Shown piece by piece: positions 63,523 to 64,000 of a DNA stretch of 64,000 nt. How positions within the stretch are numbered: position 1 is the first letter of the stretch; each line of letters begins with the position of its first letter. A model generated the notes under the pieces. It ran no database searches, was not told the DNA's origin, and saw nothing but the letters and a program-made list of their open reading frames with translations. The DNA comes from an uncultured Candidatus Rokubacteria bacterium (lineage in GTDB: Bacteria; Methylomirabilota; Methylomirabilia; Rokubacteriales; CSP1-6), in NCBI GenBank assembly GCA_963747235.1, contig CAVVEU010000024.1:704001-768000 (forward strand), in the 5' to 3' direction. The position numbers were made by a program, and so were the translations under genes.

Positions 63523-64000
63523 GTGGGCAAGCGGGCGGTGTATCCGGGGATGTTCGATCCGATGCACAACGGGCATCTGGATCTCATCGAGCGCAGCCTG
63601 CGCATCTTCGACGAGCTGATCGTGGCGGTGGTGGCGAACCCCTCGAAGGAGCCGCTCTTCACGGTCAAGGAGCGCCTCGAGCTGATCGACGAGTGCACCG
63701 CCGGCATCGGGATGGGCCGGATGCGCATCACGTCGTTCGACGGCCTGCTGATCGACCTGGTGGAGCGGGAGGGCGCGGACTGCATCGTGCGCGGCCTCCG
63801 GGCCGTCTCCGACTTCGAGTACGAGTTCCAGATGGCGCTGATGAACCGCAAGCTCCGCCACACGGTGGAGACCGTGTTCATGATGCCGCACGAGCGCTAC
63901 ACCTACATCGCCTCGCGCCTCATCAAGGAGGTCGCCTCGCTCGGCGCGCCCGTCACCGGCCTGGTGCCGCCGCCGGTGGAGGAGCGCCTGACCCAGAAGT
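63523..64000 (+). CDS. coaD: Pantetheine-phosphate adenylyltransferase (runs off the window end)
   Basis: AVYPGMFDPMHNGHLDLIER, VRGLRAVSDFEYEFQMALMNR. Confidence 0.95.
   Translation, partial: MGKRAVYPGMFDPMHNGHLDLIERSLRIFDELIVAVVANPSKEPLFTVKERLELIDECTAGIGMGRMRITSFDGLLIDLVEREGADCIVRGLRAVSDFEYEFQMALMNRKLRHTVETVFMMPHERYTYIASRLIKEVASLGAPVTGLVPPPVEERLTQK

Overview
High-GC (about 70% by eye) bacterial chromosomal window. Gene content and repeat style suggest Candidatus Rokubacteria/Methylomirabilota (inference). Many single-base frameshifts look like long-read consensus errors. From left to right: (1) an array of three paralogous Tat-type family-5 ABC substrate-binding genes with a permease; (2) a dienelactone hydrolase, a molybdopterin oxidoreductase and an XRE-cupin regulator; (3) a divergent catabolic operon with a Liv-type ABC transporter, an enamidase-like amidohydrolase, a DUF1185 protein, an LLM oxidoreductase and a xanthine-dehydrogenase-family Mo subunit; (4) accessory genes and lgt; (5) an actinobacterial-type Pup-proteasome operon (arc-dop-prcB-prcA-pafA) with no pup gene, followed by glgB-glgX-gdhA; (6) a Dpp-type ABC operon; (7) a housekeeping block (yebC-ruvCAB-spoIID-csaA-queA-tgt-yajC-secDF-relA ... 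rpmB, recG, rsmD, coaD). Most notable features not explained by the ORF track: two lysine-rich microproteins behind an orphan AbiEi-type regulator; a dispersed ~175-bp element with a conserved core and perfect but divergent terminal stems, one copy next to a G/T-skewed tract; a candidate ~240-nt sRNA; and the missing pup gene. No rRNA, tRNA, CRISPR array or transposase was recognised.
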